From the NCBI GenBank assembly GCA_965219415.1, contig CBDCNP010000002.1, positions 3,968,001 through 4,032,000 on the forward strand: 64,000 nt of DNA, given 5' to 3'. A program made the translations under genes and the position numbers. Under the pieces are notes generated by a model. It was not told the origin of the DNA. It saw nothing but the letters and a program-made list of their open reading frames with translations, and did not search any database. Of the stretch, positions 22,555 through 33,477 are shown piece by piece. Position 1 is the first letter of the stretch; every line of letters begins with the position of its first letter. The stretch is from Candidatus Marinacidobacterales bacterium. GTDB taxonomy: Bacteria > Acidobacteriota > Vicinamibacteria > Marinacidobacterales > DATDRI01.

Positions 22555-24204
22555 CTAATGGTCCGAGGCCGCGCTCCCGACGATCTCCGGCCACAACTCC
22601 ATAACCTCGTTGTCGTAGCCGGTCATCTCCCACCGGATGAGCGTCACCGGGATAACTCCCTTCGAGAGAAACTCATCATGGAACTCTCCGAGGTCGAACT
22701 TGTCCCCGAGCTGGAACGCCCGCTCGGAAACGAGCTGCTCGATCTGTATCTTTCCCATGAGGTAGGAGCTTCCAGAGCCGGGCGTCCGCAAGTAGTTCTT
22801 GAGGTCGTAGCGTCCCAGGTTCTCTTCCATGAAGGGGACGTAGCGGATCATGTACTGGTTGGCTTCGTCCAGCGACATCTCGCCGCTATGCATCCCGGTT
22901 TCGGCGAAGACGCGGCTCCCTCTCTTGATGAGAGCAATATAGTTCAGCTCTTTCGCACGGGGGTTGCTGTCCGTGATGCCTGCCTGAATGAAGAGCTCTT
23001 CTAAATACGTTCCCCACCCTTCACCGCGAGGTGTGTCACGGTAGGACTTGCGGATGGGATTCGTGAGGTGTTCCCGAAGCTTGGCGTCGAATCGGTGGCC
23101 GGGGATCGAAGCATGAACATGGTTGTTGATAGCGTTCCGAAACTGAAGCTCTTCCCAAAAGTGCCGCCTCGTCTCCGCTCTCGGGCTCCAGTAGGTGTCG
23201 GTCTCGAACTCGGGCGGCATGTAGTCGGGGATGGTCATTAGGTTGAGCTGCTCGATGGTAGTGCGGATCTGCATTTCCGCCAGTCGCGTCCTTGCCTCGT
23301 GCTCTTCGGCGTTTTGCGTCAACTCGAGCTCGGGTAGGTGTTGGTTCTTGGCGCGGTCGACGATGTAGGCCCACCGGAAGCGATCGAGCTCTCGTTTTCC
23401 GAGGAGCTTCACGTCATCCATCGTATAGGGCAAGAGGCGGACGTTGCGGATATACCAGGTGAAGTTATCGTCGCCAACGGCAGCCGAGAAGGGCATTTTG
23501 TCGAAGTTGGCCTTGAGCCAATCGCGGTAGCCCTCGACGGCGGCGGTCGCCTTTTGGCAATCTTCGACCAGATCCGAGCCGTCTTGTTGTAGGCGTGCGC
23601 AAAGGTCCTTGTACCAACCGATTCTGCCATCCGGGGGAGCGGCTCGGAATGGCTCACGCTGTCCCACACCATCGAAATTCTCCAGATGAAAGATGGCTAG
23701 GGCGGCCAGCTCGCCCCGCGGTTCGGTCAGATTGGACTCTGCTTCTTTCATGATGCTCGGAACCGCCTTGAGGTGCGCTTCGAACTCCGCTTGCTTGGCG
23801 AGGGGAATCGAAACTTCGGTAAAGGGGAGACGACTCACCCGGTCGTAGTACCTCATCGGGTCTCGGGCCCATGGCTTGAGGACCCGATGTGAAAACTCCA
23901 GAGCGTTGACCTTGGCCCAAACCAGCAGGTAGTCCACTTTCTTGGGGACCGACCAGGAGCTCGTATCCAAGGCTCTCAGCCGCTGCTTGAATTTTTCGAG
24001 GCCTTCTTTTTGCGCCCGGATGGCGGCAGCGCCTTTGATCTCGGGGTCGCCGTAGTTCGGGGTCGTATAGCGCATCCTGGGTTTCGCGAACTCGAAAAAT
24101 TCCTGATCGAATTTCAAGAGGTCGTCGTAGCTGCTCTGCGCAAAAACCGGCAGGCAGATGACAATGATCGCAATCGTGAGTGGGAAAACTCTTGACCGTT
24201 TCAT
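22555..24204 (-). CDS. DUF885-like exported protein
   Basis: Signal peptide; HASIPGH, EGWGTYLEE, SYLMGK and FHDEFL motifs. Confidence 0.75.
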   Translation of the reverse strand: MKRSRVFPLTIAIIVICLPVFAQSSYDDLLKFDQEFFEFAKPRMRYTTPNYGDPEIKGAAAIRAQKEGLEKFKQRLRALDTSSWSVPKKVDYLLVWAKVNALEFSHRVLKPWARDPMRYYDRVSRLPFTEVSIPLAKQAEFEAHLKAVPSIMKEAESNLTEPRGELAALAIFHLENFDGVGQREPFRAAPPDGRIGWYKDLCARLQQDGSDLVEDCQKATAAVEGYRDWLKANFDKMPFSAAVGDDNFTWYIRNVRLLPYTMDDVKLLGKRELDRFRWAYIVDRAKNQHLPELELTQNAEEHEARTRLAEMQIRTTIEQLNLMTIPDYMPPEFETDTYWSPRAETRRHFWEELQFRNAINNHVHASIPGHRFDAKLREHLTNPIRKSYRDTPRGEGWGTYLEELFIQAGITDSNPRAKELNYIALIKRGSRVFAETGMHSGEMSLDEANQYMIRYVPFMEENLGRYDLKNYLRTPGSGSSYLMGKIQIEQLVSERAFQLGDKFDLGEFHDEFLSKGVIPVTLIRWEMTGYDNEVMELWPEIVGSAASDH

Positions 24205-24207
24205 AAC

Positions 24208-26388
24208 TTAGTCCTCCACGCTTGGCCCTTTGCCCAAGTATTTCTCAAAATGCCCAACGAGTTTGTTGAAAGCGAAAATGGTTTGATAATTCCCTTCGGT
24301 GTCCCAACCGTGGCGAGAGTTGGGTAGCGCGACGAGATCGACGTCCTTTCCCATCGACATCAACCGTTGAGTTAGTGCTATGGAATCTCGAAACAACACG
24401 ATGCGGTCCCTCATGCCATGAATGATCAGCAGGTGATCTTCGAGCCCCGCCGCTTTGGTGAAGGCCGAAGCATCGGCGTACTCCTCGGGCTGGTCCTGGG
24501 GAGCCATCATTACGCGCATCTCACCCGTGGTCGCATGCCAAACGTTCGTGGCCGGTGCACCGGCGACGCCGGCCTTGTAGACGCCGGGTTTCTTGAAGAG
24601 CGACATGCACGTGAGGAGGCCACCGTAGCTCGAGCCCCAAATGCCGATGCGATCCATGTCGACGAAGCCGAGCGTTTCGAGATATTTCACGCCGCTATAG
24701 ATATCTTCCGTGTCGATGCCGCCGTAGTCGAGCCGATGGCCTCGCCGGAACTCTTTGCCATGACCCCAACTTCCGCGGAAGTTGACGTTTAGGAGGATAT
24801 AGCCTTCCTGTACGAGGTACTGATCGAGCCCCCAGGTGGGGTGCGCCGTACGGCCTCCCCATTGGTTGCGAACCGTGTTGCTATACACCGAACCCAGAAT
24901 GGCCGGGTGTTTCTTGGTGCGATCCAAGTTCGCCGGAATGGTTAGTCTTCCGGTCAGCTTGACATCATCCACCACGCTCGGAAACGTCACGTATTCGGGC
25001 GTTACCCAGTGGTAGCGGCTGAACTCTTCGATCGGGGAGTTCGTGACCTGACGCTCCCGCTCAACGACACCTGCGTCCAGCTCCGTAATGAGAAGATCGT
25101 ATGGGGTGCCGTCGCTCGAGAAGTAATCGGCCGCGAAACGGCCGTTGGGAGCGTAGGTAGGCTGATGCGTGCCGGACCGCTCGCTCAGTTGCGTGGGCTC
25201 GCCGCCCTCGAGATCGACGCGAAAGATCTGGCGTTCTTCGGCGCGTCCCTTGTTGGCTCGGAAATAGAGACCGTGATCGAAAACCGCGAAGTCTGCGACG
25301 GCCCAGCTCCCTTGGGTGATTCTCTTGGGTGAGTCACTTCCGAGCGTGAGGTGGTAGATGTGATAGTCCTCGTCGCGATCGGAGATGAAATACACACCCT
25401 CGCCGTCGGGAGCCCACTCGTCTTGCCAGGAGGCTTGGATGTTATTAGGGTCTTGCTCGCGGTAGAGAACCTCGGCCTCGCCGGTTTTCGCGTTCACGCT
25501 CAAGATCCGCCGATCCTTCACGTAGAGATCGCTGGTGTCGACGAGCAGGCGGCTACCATCGGGAGACCAGCGGTAACCGAAAATCGGATCGACGCGGCGG
25601 GGGCCAAGCTCCATCCACACGATATCCCCACCCTCGACAGGAATCACACCCAGCCGGCGGCTGGCCGGCTCTTCGCCAGGGAGAGGCCGGTAGACCATGT
25701 CCATCTCGGCATCTTCTGGAAGGTAGTCCGGGATGCCACGACGTGGAACATTGGTGCGGTCGATTTCCATGAAGGCAACCGAACGCCCGTCGGGTGAGAA
25801 CGCGAAGCCTTGCACCGATACGTGCTCGCTTCCGAGGTTGGTCAGGTTTTTGGGTCCTTCGTAGCTAACGGCGTCCATCCAGAGATCGCCGCCCGACCGG
25901 TACGCGAGATAATTCCCGTCGGGGGAATACGCCGGCTTCGACTCCGCTTCCGGAGGCGACCGCACCATTTGCGGCTCTTTGCCGGGTGCCACTAGGTAGA
26001 GATCGCCACGGAAGATGACGATGAGATGCCGTCCGTCCGGGTGCCACGTCACCTCCGACACGCCACCGTCCCGCTCGATGCGGACCTCCAGCTCGATCCT
26101 TTCGATCGCGTCGTCGGTGTCTTTGGGCTCGAGATGCGGGAACCCCGTCACCCGCACCGGCTCTCCGCCCGGGACCACTACCGTCCAGACGTCTTGAAAG
26201 TTGTAGCCCTCGTCGTTCCACAAAAAGGCCAATCGCTGGCTGTCCCGCGACCAGACGAAGCCCGTCGGCGCGGTGCCGATGAGGCGGGGCATCGTGTAGA
26301 GCCGCTCGATGGTCATCCGCTCCTGCTCTTGGGCGGCGACCGCAGTGGCGGCGGCGAGAACCAGCGCAATGCTCAGTGCTCTTTTCAT
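24208..26388 (-). CDS. S9 family (DPP IV-like) peptidase
   Basis: Signal peptide, beta-propeller repeats, GIWGSSYGG, HGMRD and HGW. Confidence 0.92.
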   Translation of the reverse strand: MKRALSIALVLAAATAVAAQEQERMTIERLYTMPRLIGTAPTGFVWSRDSQRLAFLWNDEGYNFQDVWTVVVPGGEPVRVTGFPHLEPKDTDDAIERIELEVRIERDGGVSEVTWHPDGRHLIVIFRGDLYLVAPGKEPQMVRSPPEAESKPAYSPDGNYLAYRSGGDLWMDAVSYEGPKNLTNLGSEHVSVQGFAFSPDGRSVAFMEIDRTNVPRRGIPDYLPEDAEMDMVYRPLPGEEPASRRLGVIPVEGGDIVWMELGPRRVDPIFGYRWSPDGSRLLVDTSDLYVKDRRILSVNAKTGEAEVLYREQDPNNIQASWQDEWAPDGEGVYFISDRDEDYHIYHLTLGSDSPKRITQGSWAVADFAVFDHGLYFRANKGRAEERQIFRVDLEGGEPTQLSERSGTHQPTYAPNGRFAADYFSSDGTPYDLLITELDAGVVERERQVTNSPIEEFSRYHWVTPEYVTFPSVVDDVKLTGRLTIPANLDRTKKHPAILGSVYSNTVRNQWGGRTAHPTWGLDQYLVQEGYILLNVNFRGSWGHGKEFRRGHRLDYGGIDTEDIYSGVKYLETLGFVDMDRIGIWGSSYGGLLTCMSLFKKPGVYKAGVAGAPATNVWHATTGEMRVMMAPQDQPEEYADASAFTKAAGLEDHLLIIHGMRDRIVLFRDSIALTQRLMSMGKDVDLVALPNSRHGWDTEGNYQTIFAFNKLVGHFEKYLGKGPSVED

Positions 26389-26395
26389 ACGCTCC

Positions 26396-27532
26396 TCAAA
26401 TCACCAGCTTGTCTTGCGACTGAGGCTTCTTGAAGCGATCGAAGGAGAAGGGTTCCATCGGCAAGGACGGTTCCTTTCCAAGGATCGTTTCCGCCATGAC
26501 TTTCCCGACGGATGGCGAAAGCATGTAGCCATGGCCGCTGAACCCAGCCGCTTGGTAGTAGCCTTCGATACCCGAGACCGCCCCGAGGAAGGGGTGCGCG
26601 TCGGGTGTCGAATCGTAGTAGCCATCCACCAGCCGTTTGATGCCCATGTCGGAGAGTGTCGGCATCATGTCGACGAAGATTTCCGCGACTTGTTCGGTGT
26701 AGGCCCAGTCGTCTTTGCTTTCCGTGGCCTCGCGTAAATAACCCATGTAGACGACGCCATCAACGAGCTGCTTGCCGGCCCATCCGACATCCATGGCCGC
26801 GACGAGCGGCTCGAGCACTCTTCTTTCGAGACGGTCGGTGTAGAGCATCCGACGCCGCTCCACCGAGATGGGAAGCTCGAGCCCGAGCGGCTTGGCGAGC
26901 TCGGGGCTGTCGCACCCGGCCGCCAAGACGGTGTTCGAGGCCTCGATGACGCCCGAGGCGGTCTTGACTCCGGTCACCCGATCGCCGTGGTGCTCGATGC
27001 CGACCACCGGCTCGAGGACGACCCGGGCTCCCTTATCCTTGGCGCGTTGCGCCAGCACTTGTGTCAGGCCGTCCGAGTCTTCGATGAAGCCGTCTTTGTT
27101 GCAGAACGAGCCGCCGACGACGCCTTCGGTGTTGTACTCGGGAACGATCTTCTTGATGTCGTCCGGACTCAAGATCTCGGAGGGGATATCGAGGCTATTT
27201 TGGAGCGCGACGTTCTTCTTGAAGATCTCGAGGGTCTCCAGCTTGTGGGCCACAAAGAGATAGCCGGTTTGATAGAAGGGGAGCGGGAAGTCTGGGTGGA
27301 GCTCCTCGGTCAAATTCTCGAAGAACTTGACGGCCTCCCGCGCATAGAGGCACGCCGCCTCGTCCTGCCATTGAGACCGAATCCCTCCCGGGCAGACGCT
27401 GGTCGCCTTGGCTGCGAGGTATTCTTTTTCCAGCAGTACGACATCGGTGCATCCCATTTTCGTAAGATGGTAGGCGATGGAGGCACCGGTGATACCGCCG
27501 CCGATGATGACGCACTCTGCTTTTTCGCTCAT
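26396..27532 (-). CDS. FAD-dependent oxidoreductase (sarcosine oxidase beta/DadA-like)
   Basis: IIGGGITG, TPDAHP and GFSGHGY motifs. Confidence 0.88.
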   Translation of the reverse strand: MSEKAECVIIGGGITGASIAYHLTKMGCTDVVLLEKEYLAAKATSVCPGGIRSQWQDEAACLYAREAVKFFENLTEELHPDFPLPFYQTGYLFVAHKLETLEIFKKNVALQNSLDIPSEILSPDDIKKIVPEYNTEGVVGGSFCNKDGFIEDSDGLTQVLAQRAKDKGARVVLEPVVGIEHHGDRVTGVKTASGVIEASNTVLAAGCDSPELAKPLGLELPISVERRRMLYTDRLERRVLEPLVAAMDVGWAGKQLVDGVVYMGYLREATESKDDWAYTEQVAEIFVDMMPTLSDMGIKRLVDGYYDSTPDAHPFLGAVSGIEGYYQAAGFSGHGYMLSPSVGKVMAETILGKEPSLPMEPFSFDRFKKPQSQDKLVI

Positions 27533-27545
27533 TCGGTTGACCTAT

Positions 27546-29045
27546 TTATTCTGGCGGCAGCGTCGAGTAGAGCTCATCGAGATCGACTCCCGCTCGCCGG
27601 AGCTCCTTCCAGCGTCTGAAGAATAGTAGCGACACCGCTCCCACCGCGATCAAATAGACCCATGTGGATCGGTAATACCAGGCGCTCACATCCGCGTTGA
27701 GATCCTTGATGACCTGCGCGACCAACAACACTCCGAGCATCAGAGCTCCGCTCCCACCCAGCAGAACCTGCGCGGAGCGGTTTTTCATGAAGCGCAGACC
27801 TTCCGCGAGTTTCGGATTGCGTTTGGCGAGGAAAACGACCGACAAGCACACCAGCGAGAAGTTCACCAGCATGCCGATGACCAGGACGTCCACGCCGAGG
27901 AAGAAATCGCCGGCGAAGTGGCATCCCAGGATCCCGACCGAGGCGATGATGCTGCTCAGCAGAATCGCGACGTGCGGCGTGCGCCAGCGGGGATGGATGG
28001 CCGCAACCGACTTGAAGAAGATGCCGTCCTCCGCCCAGGCGAACATGAGGCGCGAGACCGCGAGCATCATTCCCGGAAGACTGTTGAAGAGCGCAAACGT
28101 AGCGGCGCTAAGGATGAGTACGGACCACACTGGAGAAAGAAGGTAGGCCAGGAGACCCGGGGCAGTGAGGTCGGTGGCACCGGCGCGTTCGGCGATGAAA
28201 TACCAAGGGACGGCATGATAGACGGCGGCCGTGAACAGTAAGTAGAACGCGCCGACGACCACCACCGCGATTCCGATGGACAAGGGCAAGGTGACGTTGG
28301 GGTTCTTGGCCTCGCTCCCCGCCTGTGCAATCGAATCGAATCCTATAAAGGATGAAAAGAGCAACGCCGTTGCCGCGAGGAGAAGATAGAGATTCAGTGG
28401 GGTTGCCGTTTGTGTCGCGACGGCCACTCCTTCGGTCTGCTGCACCGCGGCTACGAAATCGGCATGGTCGAACATGAAGCCAGTAGGAATGACGATGGCC
28501 CCACCGACGAAGCCGAGGACCATCAACGTGACCATCGCGCGCTCGAACGTTTTGATCCCGAAGAGATTGATCGAACTCGCGGTCCAAACGAATACCAGCG
28601 CCAGCGTCACTCGTACGAAGCCGGTCTCGAGCGCCGCTGCCGCCCCCTGGAGCTCGAGCGCCACCGCGATGTCGCGCGTGAACGGCACCAGCACGTAGCC
28701 TACGACCCCCATCGCGACCGAGAGGCCGAACCATTGAGAGAAGCTCGCCAAGAGCCCGAGGTAAGGGTGAATGCTACGGCTCGCGTACACGTAGCTTCCC
28801 CCCGCCCGCGGCATCCCGGAGGCCATGACCGCATAGGCGAGGGCCGCCAGAATCGCCGGTACCATGGCGAGTGCAAACGCCGGTACGACGTTGGGGCCGA
28901 TTCCCGGTACGCTCCGCTGGATCATGACCGGGATGACGTTGATGGCTGCGCCCACCATCGAGCAGATTCCAGTCGCAACGAGGCCCAGGAGGGCCATCTC
29001 CCGTGCGAGGGTAGCGCCGCCCGATCGTGTATTCGCCTTGGCCAA
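27546..29045 (-). CDS. APC family amino acid permease
   Basis: MPRAGGSYVY, FIGFDSI..GSEAKNP, SRLMFA and HPRWRTPH motifs. Confidence 0.9.
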   Translation of the reverse strand: MAKANTRSGGATLAREMALLGLVATGICSMVGAAINVIPVMIQRSVPGIGPNVVPAFALAMVPAILAALAYAVMASGMPRAGGSYVYASRSIHPYLGLLASFSQWFGLSVAMGVVGYVLVPFTRDIAVALELQGAAAALETGFVRVTLALVFVWTASSINLFGIKTFERAMVTLMVLGFVGGAIVIPTGFMFDHADFVAAVQQTEGVAVATQTATPLNLYLLLAATALLFSSFIGFDSIAQAGSEAKNPNVTLPLSIGIAVVVVGAFYLLFTAAVYHAVPWYFIAERAGATDLTAPGLLAYLLSPVWSVLILSAATFALFNSLPGMMLAVSRLMFAWAEDGIFFKSVAAIHPRWRTPHVAILLSSIIASVGILGCHFAGDFFLGVDVLVIGMLVNFSLVCLSVVFLAKRNPKLAEGLRFMKNRSAQVLLGGSGALMLGVLLVAQVIKDLNADVSAWYYRSTWVYLIAVGAVSLLFFRRWKELRRAGVDLDELYSTLPPE

Positions 29046-29174
29046 TCCGACTGTCCTTTCTCGCTGGCTCCGGTGCCCTCCTTGACGCCAACGACGGTTG
29101 CGAAGTATACCGCATGCAACGACGGTCGAGAAGCACGGTCGGTGGGCCCTGCATTAATGATGAGGAGGTGGACA

Positions 29175-31472
29175 GTGTCGCTCAGTTCCAAGCCTCGGGC
29201 AATCTCTTGGTTGCTGGGGGCATTCCTACTAACAGCGGGATCAGATTCTGGGCTAGGCCAGGAGCTGACGATAGAACGCATCACTTCCTACCCGCGGCTG
29301 ACAGGGACCGCGCCATCGCATCCGACTTGGTCGCCGGATAGCAGCCGCATTGCCTTTCTGTGGAACGACGAGGGGCATCTCTTCCGGGATGTTTGGGTCG
29401 TGTCGGTGAGCGAAGGGGAGCCGGTTCGGGTCACCGATCTAGCCGAAGGCCCACGCACCTCCGATCGACTCGCAGCGCCTCGAGAAGATCCCCTGGCGGC
29501 ACTCGAACGCGCCTACGAGGAAAGGAGCGAGAAAGGCGTCTCCGACGTCACCTGGAGTCCCGATGGTCGAAGCTTGATTCTCAGCTATGACGATCATGTC
29601 TTCAGAGTCGATGCGGACGGGGCCAACCTCCGTCGGCTCACCAGCGCCGAGGCAGGCCGGAGCGAGCTCGCGTTTTCTCCCGATGGGCGCTTTCTCTCCT
29701 GGCTTCAGGACGGCGACCTTTGGCTCTGGAATCAGAAGACGAATGAAGCGGTCCAAGCCACGAAGATCGGGGTGGCCGAAATCGACGACGTCGAGGGCGC
29801 CCGCTTCACCAGGCTCGACCGGGAGTACAGCTCCTACGAATGGTCGGAGGACAGCCGCTTCGTGGCGTTGCACCTCGACGATCGACGTAACATCCGGATG
29901 GAGCCGATACCGAACTACATCGGCGAGCGGACCGAGATGCGCTACTTGCGGCGCGATTATCCGGGAGACCACGACCACATCCGCGCCATGGATATCTATT
30001 CTGTCGCCGGCGGGCGCGTGCGCCGCGTTGAGCTCCCGGAAAAAACCGCGGCGTTGATCACCGGCTATAGCTGGTCGTCGGCGCCGTCGCGGCTCCTCAT
30101 CGATCAGGTCTCGGAGGACGCGGTCCATCGCTGGCTTTGGGTCGTCACGCCGGAGGACGCCTCATTCAAGAAGGCTTGGCACACCGAGAGATGGAAACGG
30201 AACTCGCAGCGTTTGACGTCGTCGATATGGCGGAGTGACGGGAAGGCGGTTCTATTCACCAGTGATCTCGACGGTCGACACCGTCTCCACTCGGTTTCTG
30301 TCGAAGATGGAAGCCCGGAGACCCTGACCAAGGGCGATTGGAGCGTTATCGCGGCTCGGTTTGGCGGGGCCCCACTCGGTGTCAGCGACGAGCTGCGTGA
30401 GGTCTTTTTCGTCTCCACCAAGAAGAACCCTTACGAACGACAGATCTACCGAATGTCCGAGAAGGGTGGCACGGTGAGCCAAGTCACGTCGCTGCCGGGC
30501 ACGCATTATCCGATCTTGTCACCGGACGGCACCAAATTGGCGCTGCTCCATTCGAGCGACACACGGCCGACCGATCTGTACGTCATGGACGCCAAGGGTG
30601 GTGAGGAGCGGCGGTTGACCCATTCTCCCACCGAGGAGTTCGATCGCTACACATGGGCGAAACCAAGTTACGTGACGTTCAAGAGTCGCATCGATGACGC
30701 CGTCATCCACGGCCGACTGGTCGAGCCTCCGGACCTCGATCGTACCAAAAAGTACGCCGCGATCTTGGGGCCGGTGTATTCCAACAACGTGCGCAACCAG
30801 TGGCATCGGATCTCACACACCTTCGAGCAGTATCTGGCCCAGCGGGGCTACCTGGTGCTCCAGGTCGATCTCCGCGGAAGCAGCGGTTATGGGAGGAAGT
30901 TTCGCCAAGATCTTTTTCTCGACTACGGGGGCATTGACATCGAGGATCTGCACAGCGGTGCGGCCTATCTGAAGTCACTGCCCTACGTGGATCCGGATCG
31001 TGTGGGAATCTGGGGGTGGAGCTACGGTGGGCTGATGACGTCGATGTCGCTCTTCAAGAAGCCCGGTGTTTACGCGGCCGGAGTGGCGGGAGCCCCCGCC
31101 ACGAATGTGTGGCACGCGATGACCGGCCAAACCGACAACGCCCGCCAGCCGTATACGCACCCGGAGGTTTATCGCAAGGTCTCTGCCGTTTCATTTGGCG
31201 AGGATTTGGAAGATCACCTCATGTTCATCCACGGCCTGCAGGACGCGGTGGTGCTCTTCAAGGATTCGGTCACGCTGGCTGAAAAACTGATGATGCTTGG
31301 GAAAAATTTCGATTTCGTGATTCTCCCTTCGGCGACCCATAGCTACAGCCAGCGCGACTACGAGACGCGGTTCGTGCTCACAAAAGTCACCGAGCACTTC
31401 GATCGCTATCTAGGAAGGGGGCCGCGTACGGCGGCGCCAAGTTCCGATGAAGTGACAGGAGGGCAAAATTGA
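29175..31472 (+). CDS. S9 family (DPP IV-like) peptidase
   Basis: GTG start after GAGGAGG; WSPD repeats, GIWGWSYGG, HGLQD and HSY. Confidence 0.9.
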   Translation: MSLSSKPRAISWLLGAFLLTAGSDSGLGQELTIERITSYPRLTGTAPSHPTWSPDSSRIAFLWNDEGHLFRDVWVVSVSEGEPVRVTDLAEGPRTSDRLAAPREDPLAALERAYEERSEKGVSDVTWSPDGRSLILSYDDHVFRVDADGANLRRLTSAEAGRSELAFSPDGRFLSWLQDGDLWLWNQKTNEAVQATKIGVAEIDDVEGARFTRLDREYSSYEWSEDSRFVALHLDDRRNIRMEPIPNYIGERTEMRYLRRDYPGDHDHIRAMDIYSVAGGRVRRVELPEKTAALITGYSWSSAPSRLLIDQVSEDAVHRWLWVVTPEDASFKKAWHTERWKRNSQRLTSSIWRSDGKAVLFTSDLDGRHRLHSVSVEDGSPETLTKGDWSVIAARFGGAPLGVSDELREVFFVSTKKNPYERQIYRMSEKGGTVSQVTSLPGTHYPILSPDGTKLALLHSSDTRPTDLYVMDAKGGEERRLTHSPTEEFDRYTWAKPSYVTFKSRIDDAVIHGRLVEPPDLDRTKKYAAILGPVYSNNVRNQWHRISHTFEQYLAQRGYLVLQVDLRGSSGYGRKFRQDLFLDYGGIDIEDLHSGAAYLKSLPYVDPDRVGIWGWSYGGLMTSMSLFKKPGVYAAGVAGAPATNVWHAMTGQTDNARQPYTHPEVYRKVSAVSFGEDLEDHLMFIHGLQDAVVLFKDSVTLAEKLMMLGKNFDFVILPSATHSYSQRDYETRFVLTKVTEHFDRYLGRGPRTAAPSSDEVTGGQN

Positions 31473-32704
31473 GCAGAGCAGCAGCGGTTTTTCTAGGCTT
31501 GGCCTTGGCGGCGACGCCGGCACTGGCCGACGATATCGTTATCGAGGGTGGAACGCTCATCGATGGCACCGGCAGCGATCCGCGGCCGAACCCGGGCATC
31601 CTCATCCGTGATGGGCGCATTGCCGCCGTCGGAGACGTTTCCGGAGCCTCGGCGGACGCGGTTCGCATATCCGCGGCGGGGAAGTGGGTCCTACCCGGAC
31701 TCTTCGATCTTCACGGGCACATCACTTTCAAGCTCGCGGGTGCGAGGGACCTGGAAGATGACATCGTCAATGCCATCCGCTCCGAGCGGTTCCTGGAACG
31801 GTATCAGGAGATCGGTGTCACTACCGTGCGCGACGTCGCGTCGCGCTACCACGTCGGCTACTCGCTGAAGAGGGCGCAACGTAGCGGTTTGATGGGCGGC
31901 GCCCGTTTCTACACCAGCGGTCCTCTCATCACCACCACCGCAGGGCATGCGACCGAGTTCCAACCGCTCATTCCGCCCATCTGGGCGGTCGAGGCGGACG
32001 GCCCGTGGGAATTCCGTAAACGGGTGCGGGAAGCGGTCAAGCAGGGTGTGGATTTGATCAAGGTCACTCCGCCTTACACGATCGAGGAGCTCAAGGCCAC
32101 CGTGGAGGAAGCGCATTACTGGAAGCTTCGCATCACGGCTCACGTGGGCGGGCCGCAGGATCCGCATTCGGTCTCGGGACGCATCGCCGTCGAGGCGGGC
32201 GTCGACAGCGTCGAGCATCTCTATCCTTACGGTGGAGAAGAAGTGGTACGACAGATGGCGGAGAACAATATCTACGTCATACCGACGATGGGCTACCACA
32301 TCCGTGAGCTCGCCGGTGAGTACAGCTATAACGCCGAGCTGCTCGAAGAGAAGCTGGGGCACACGTATGACGGCATGATGGAGCTATTCCGGCAGATGCG
32401 CGAGGCAGGCGTCAAGTTCGCAGTGGGATTGGACTCCAACGCCAAGGACCTGCCGACGGTCAACGAGCTCTATCTCCAAGAGGTGAAGGGCATGATGACC
32501 GGAGGCCTCTCCTCGATGCGGGTCGTGCAGTCGGCGACGCTCCACGCCGCGGAAGCGATGGGTCTCGGGGACGAAGCGGGCAGCATCGAGCCGGGTAAGT
32601 GGGGAGATGCCATCGTGCTGTCATCGGATCCACTAAAGAAGATCGACGCGCTCGTCGCTCCTGAAGTCGTCATTCAGGCCGGCGAGATCGTTCATAAGAA
32701 ATGA
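31469..32704 (+). CDS. Exported metal-dependent amidohydrolase
   Basis: PGLFDLHGH, GVTTVRD, IK, AH, EH, GLD and GSIEPGK motifs. Confidence 0.9.
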   Translation: MSRAAAVFLGLALAATPALADDIVIEGGTLIDGTGSDPRPNPGILIRDGRIAAVGDVSGASADAVRISAAGKWVLPGLFDLHGHITFKLAGARDLEDDIVNAIRSERFLERYQEIGVTTVRDVASRYHVGYSLKRAQRSGLMGGARFYTSGPLITTTAGHATEFQPLIPPIWAVEADGPWEFRKRVREAVKQGVDLIKVTPPYTIEELKATVEEAHYWKLRITAHVGGPQDPHSVSGRIAVEAGVDSVEHLYPYGGEEVVRQMAENNIYVIPTMGYHIRELAGEYSYNAELLEEKLGHTYDGMMELFRQMREAGVKFAVGLDSNAKDLPTVNELYLQEVKGMMTGGLSSMRVVQSATLHAAEAMGLGDEAGSIEPGKWGDAIVLSSDPLKKIDALVAPEVVIQAGEIVHKK

Positions 32705-33477
32705 AAGGGAGACTCATGTTGAGAACAATCTGCACCGTTTTCGCAGTAGTGCTATTCGCCGCTTCGTCGAATGTCTACGCGGACCAGCTCGAAGGGGCCT
32801 GGTCGCTCGAAGGTTACGAGTTCGAGAACAACGACGTACCGGTCTCGGGAGTCATGATCTTCGCCGATGGTTACTTCTCCACGGTTTTCACGATGGACCA
32901 TGAGGGTCGTTCGGGTCGCGGTCACGGCGGCAAGTACACGCTTGAAGGTGACGAGATCTCGTTCGCCATCCCGTGGTGGACCGAGCACGTCGCGGGGAAG
33001 CCGCAGGTCATGAAAGACGAGAGCCATGCCAAGGCGCGGGTCGAAGTCCTAGGGGATCTGCTAGTCATTCATTTTGCGAGCGGTTCGGAGCAGAAGCTGA
33101 AGAGGCTCACGTCGGGGGACGCGGGCGATCTAGCCGGAGCCTGGCTGATGGATAGCTACCAAAGCCGCGCCAAGACCGGCCCTACCTCGGGCATGATGAT
33201 CTTCGCCGGTGACAGCTTCACTCTGACCTACACGATGGACGCCGAAGGCGGTAAAGATGGGCGGGCGCACGGGGGAACCTACGTGCGAGACGGCGGGGCG
33301 ATGACACTCAATGTCGCCTGGTCGATGCAGGTCGTTGGCGCCGAAGGCTCGGTCGATGAGGAATCCTCCTCGCGCAAGACGAAGGTTTCGGTAGCCGGGG
33401 ACTCGTTGACGGTGGATCTTGGCGCTGGATCGGTCCAGAAATTCCACCGCGCCGGCAAGGGAGGCGCTTCGAGATGA
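32701..33477 (+). CDS. Exported protein with two lipocalin-like domains
   Basis: Signal peptide. The repeat L.GAW....Y...SG.MIF...GR.HGG.Y occurs twice. Confidence 0.6.
   Translation: MKGRLMLRTICTVFAVVLFAASSNVYADQLEGAWSLEGYEFENNDVPVSGVMIFADGYFSTVFTMDHEGRSGRGHGGKYTLEGDEISFAIPWWTEHVAGKPQVMKDESHAKARVEVLGDLLVIHFASGSEQKLKRLTSGDAGDLAGAWLMDSYQSRAKTGPTSGMMIFAGDSFTLTYTMDAEGGKDGRAHGGTYVRDGGAMTLNVAWSMQVVGAEGSVDEESSSRKTKVSVAGDSLTVDLGAGSVQKFHRAGKGGASR

Noticed and set aside
28410-29174. Apparent 255-aa N-terminal extension of the S9 peptidase
   Set aside because: It overlaps the APC permease on the opposite strand. The RBS and signal peptide place the start near 29175.
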